Shown: piece after piece, positions 63,771 to 64,000 of the stretch
Layout of the letters: each line of letters opens with the position of its first letter
Numbering within the stretch: position 1 is the first letter of the stretch
Source: Somniosus microcephalus
Taxonomy: Eukaryota
Reading direction: 5' to 3'
Length of the DNA: 64,000 nucleotides
Assembly (NCBI GenBank): GCA_052327205.1
Contig: CM126215.1
Location: 99,448,001 to 99,512,000, forward strand
Notes under the pieces: generated by a model
What the model saw: only the letters and a program-made list of their open reading frames with translations
Told to the model about the DNA's origin: nothing
The model's database searches: none
Made by a program: the position numbers and the translations under genes

Positions 63771-63964
63771 GTAATTAAAGCGGTTGATGAAGGATATCGA
63801 CTGCCGCCCCCCATGGACTGCCCAGCTGCCCTGTATCAGCTGATGCTGGACTGTTGGCAGAAGGATAGGAACAACAGGCCCAAGTTTGAACAGATTGTCA
63901 GCATCCTGGACAAGTTGATTCGGAATCCCAGCAGCCTGAAGATCATCGCCAATACTGCAGCAAG
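63771..63964 (+). CDS. epha3: epha3 exon 15: [65 protein letters not shown]
   Basis: cattcag|GTA acceptor, AG|gtgaca donor, 194 nt. Confidence 0.97.
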
Positions 63965-64000
63965 GTGACACAAACCATTGGTTCTTTTATTTGAAAAATA

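Larger units (their letters stand above)
2539..63964 (+). other. epha3: Ephrin type-A receptor 3 gene, partial span (exons ~4-15; gene continues beyond both window ends)
   Basis: The 12 GT-AG exons join in frame. The translation follows vertebrate EphA3 ([73 protein letters not shown]), motifs that distinguish A3 from A4/A5/A7. Confidence 0.95.

Noticed and set aside
2539-63964. Assignment to epha5, epha7 or epha4, or a pseudogene
   Set aside because: Diagnostic residues match EphA3; all splice sites, frames and catalytic motifs are intact

Overview
Eukaryotic (vertebrate) genomic DNA, most likely a shark or other elasmobranch judging from its repeat families. The whole window lies inside one + strand gene, the ephrin type-A receptor 3 (epha3). 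Twelve consecutive GT-AG coding exons were found (equivalent to mammalian exons 4-15, 1879 nt, phases consistent). They encode the end of the Cys-rich region, two FN3 domains, the TM helix, the juxtamembrane YVDPHTY motif and most of an intact tyrosine kinase. The introns are filled with CR1 and L2 LINE fragments, Deu-domain SINEs, Harbinger-type and TA-inserting MITEs, Harbinger transposase relics and three solo LTRs with clean 5-bp TSDs. There are also palindromic Penelope-like elements with 13-14-bp TSDs that carry minimal hammerhead-ribozyme motifs. Almost all ORF-track entries outside the exons are repeat-derived or spurious. I found no novel protein-coding system. The most interesting signals are at the RNA level: the hammerhead-bearing hairpin element, a conserved soluble-isoform read-through at exon 7, inverted young LINEs around the TM exons, a sense solo LTR after the TM exon, and a pre-miRNA-like hairpin. 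Repeat boundaries without TSDs are approximate, and repeat family names come from recall, not from a database search.
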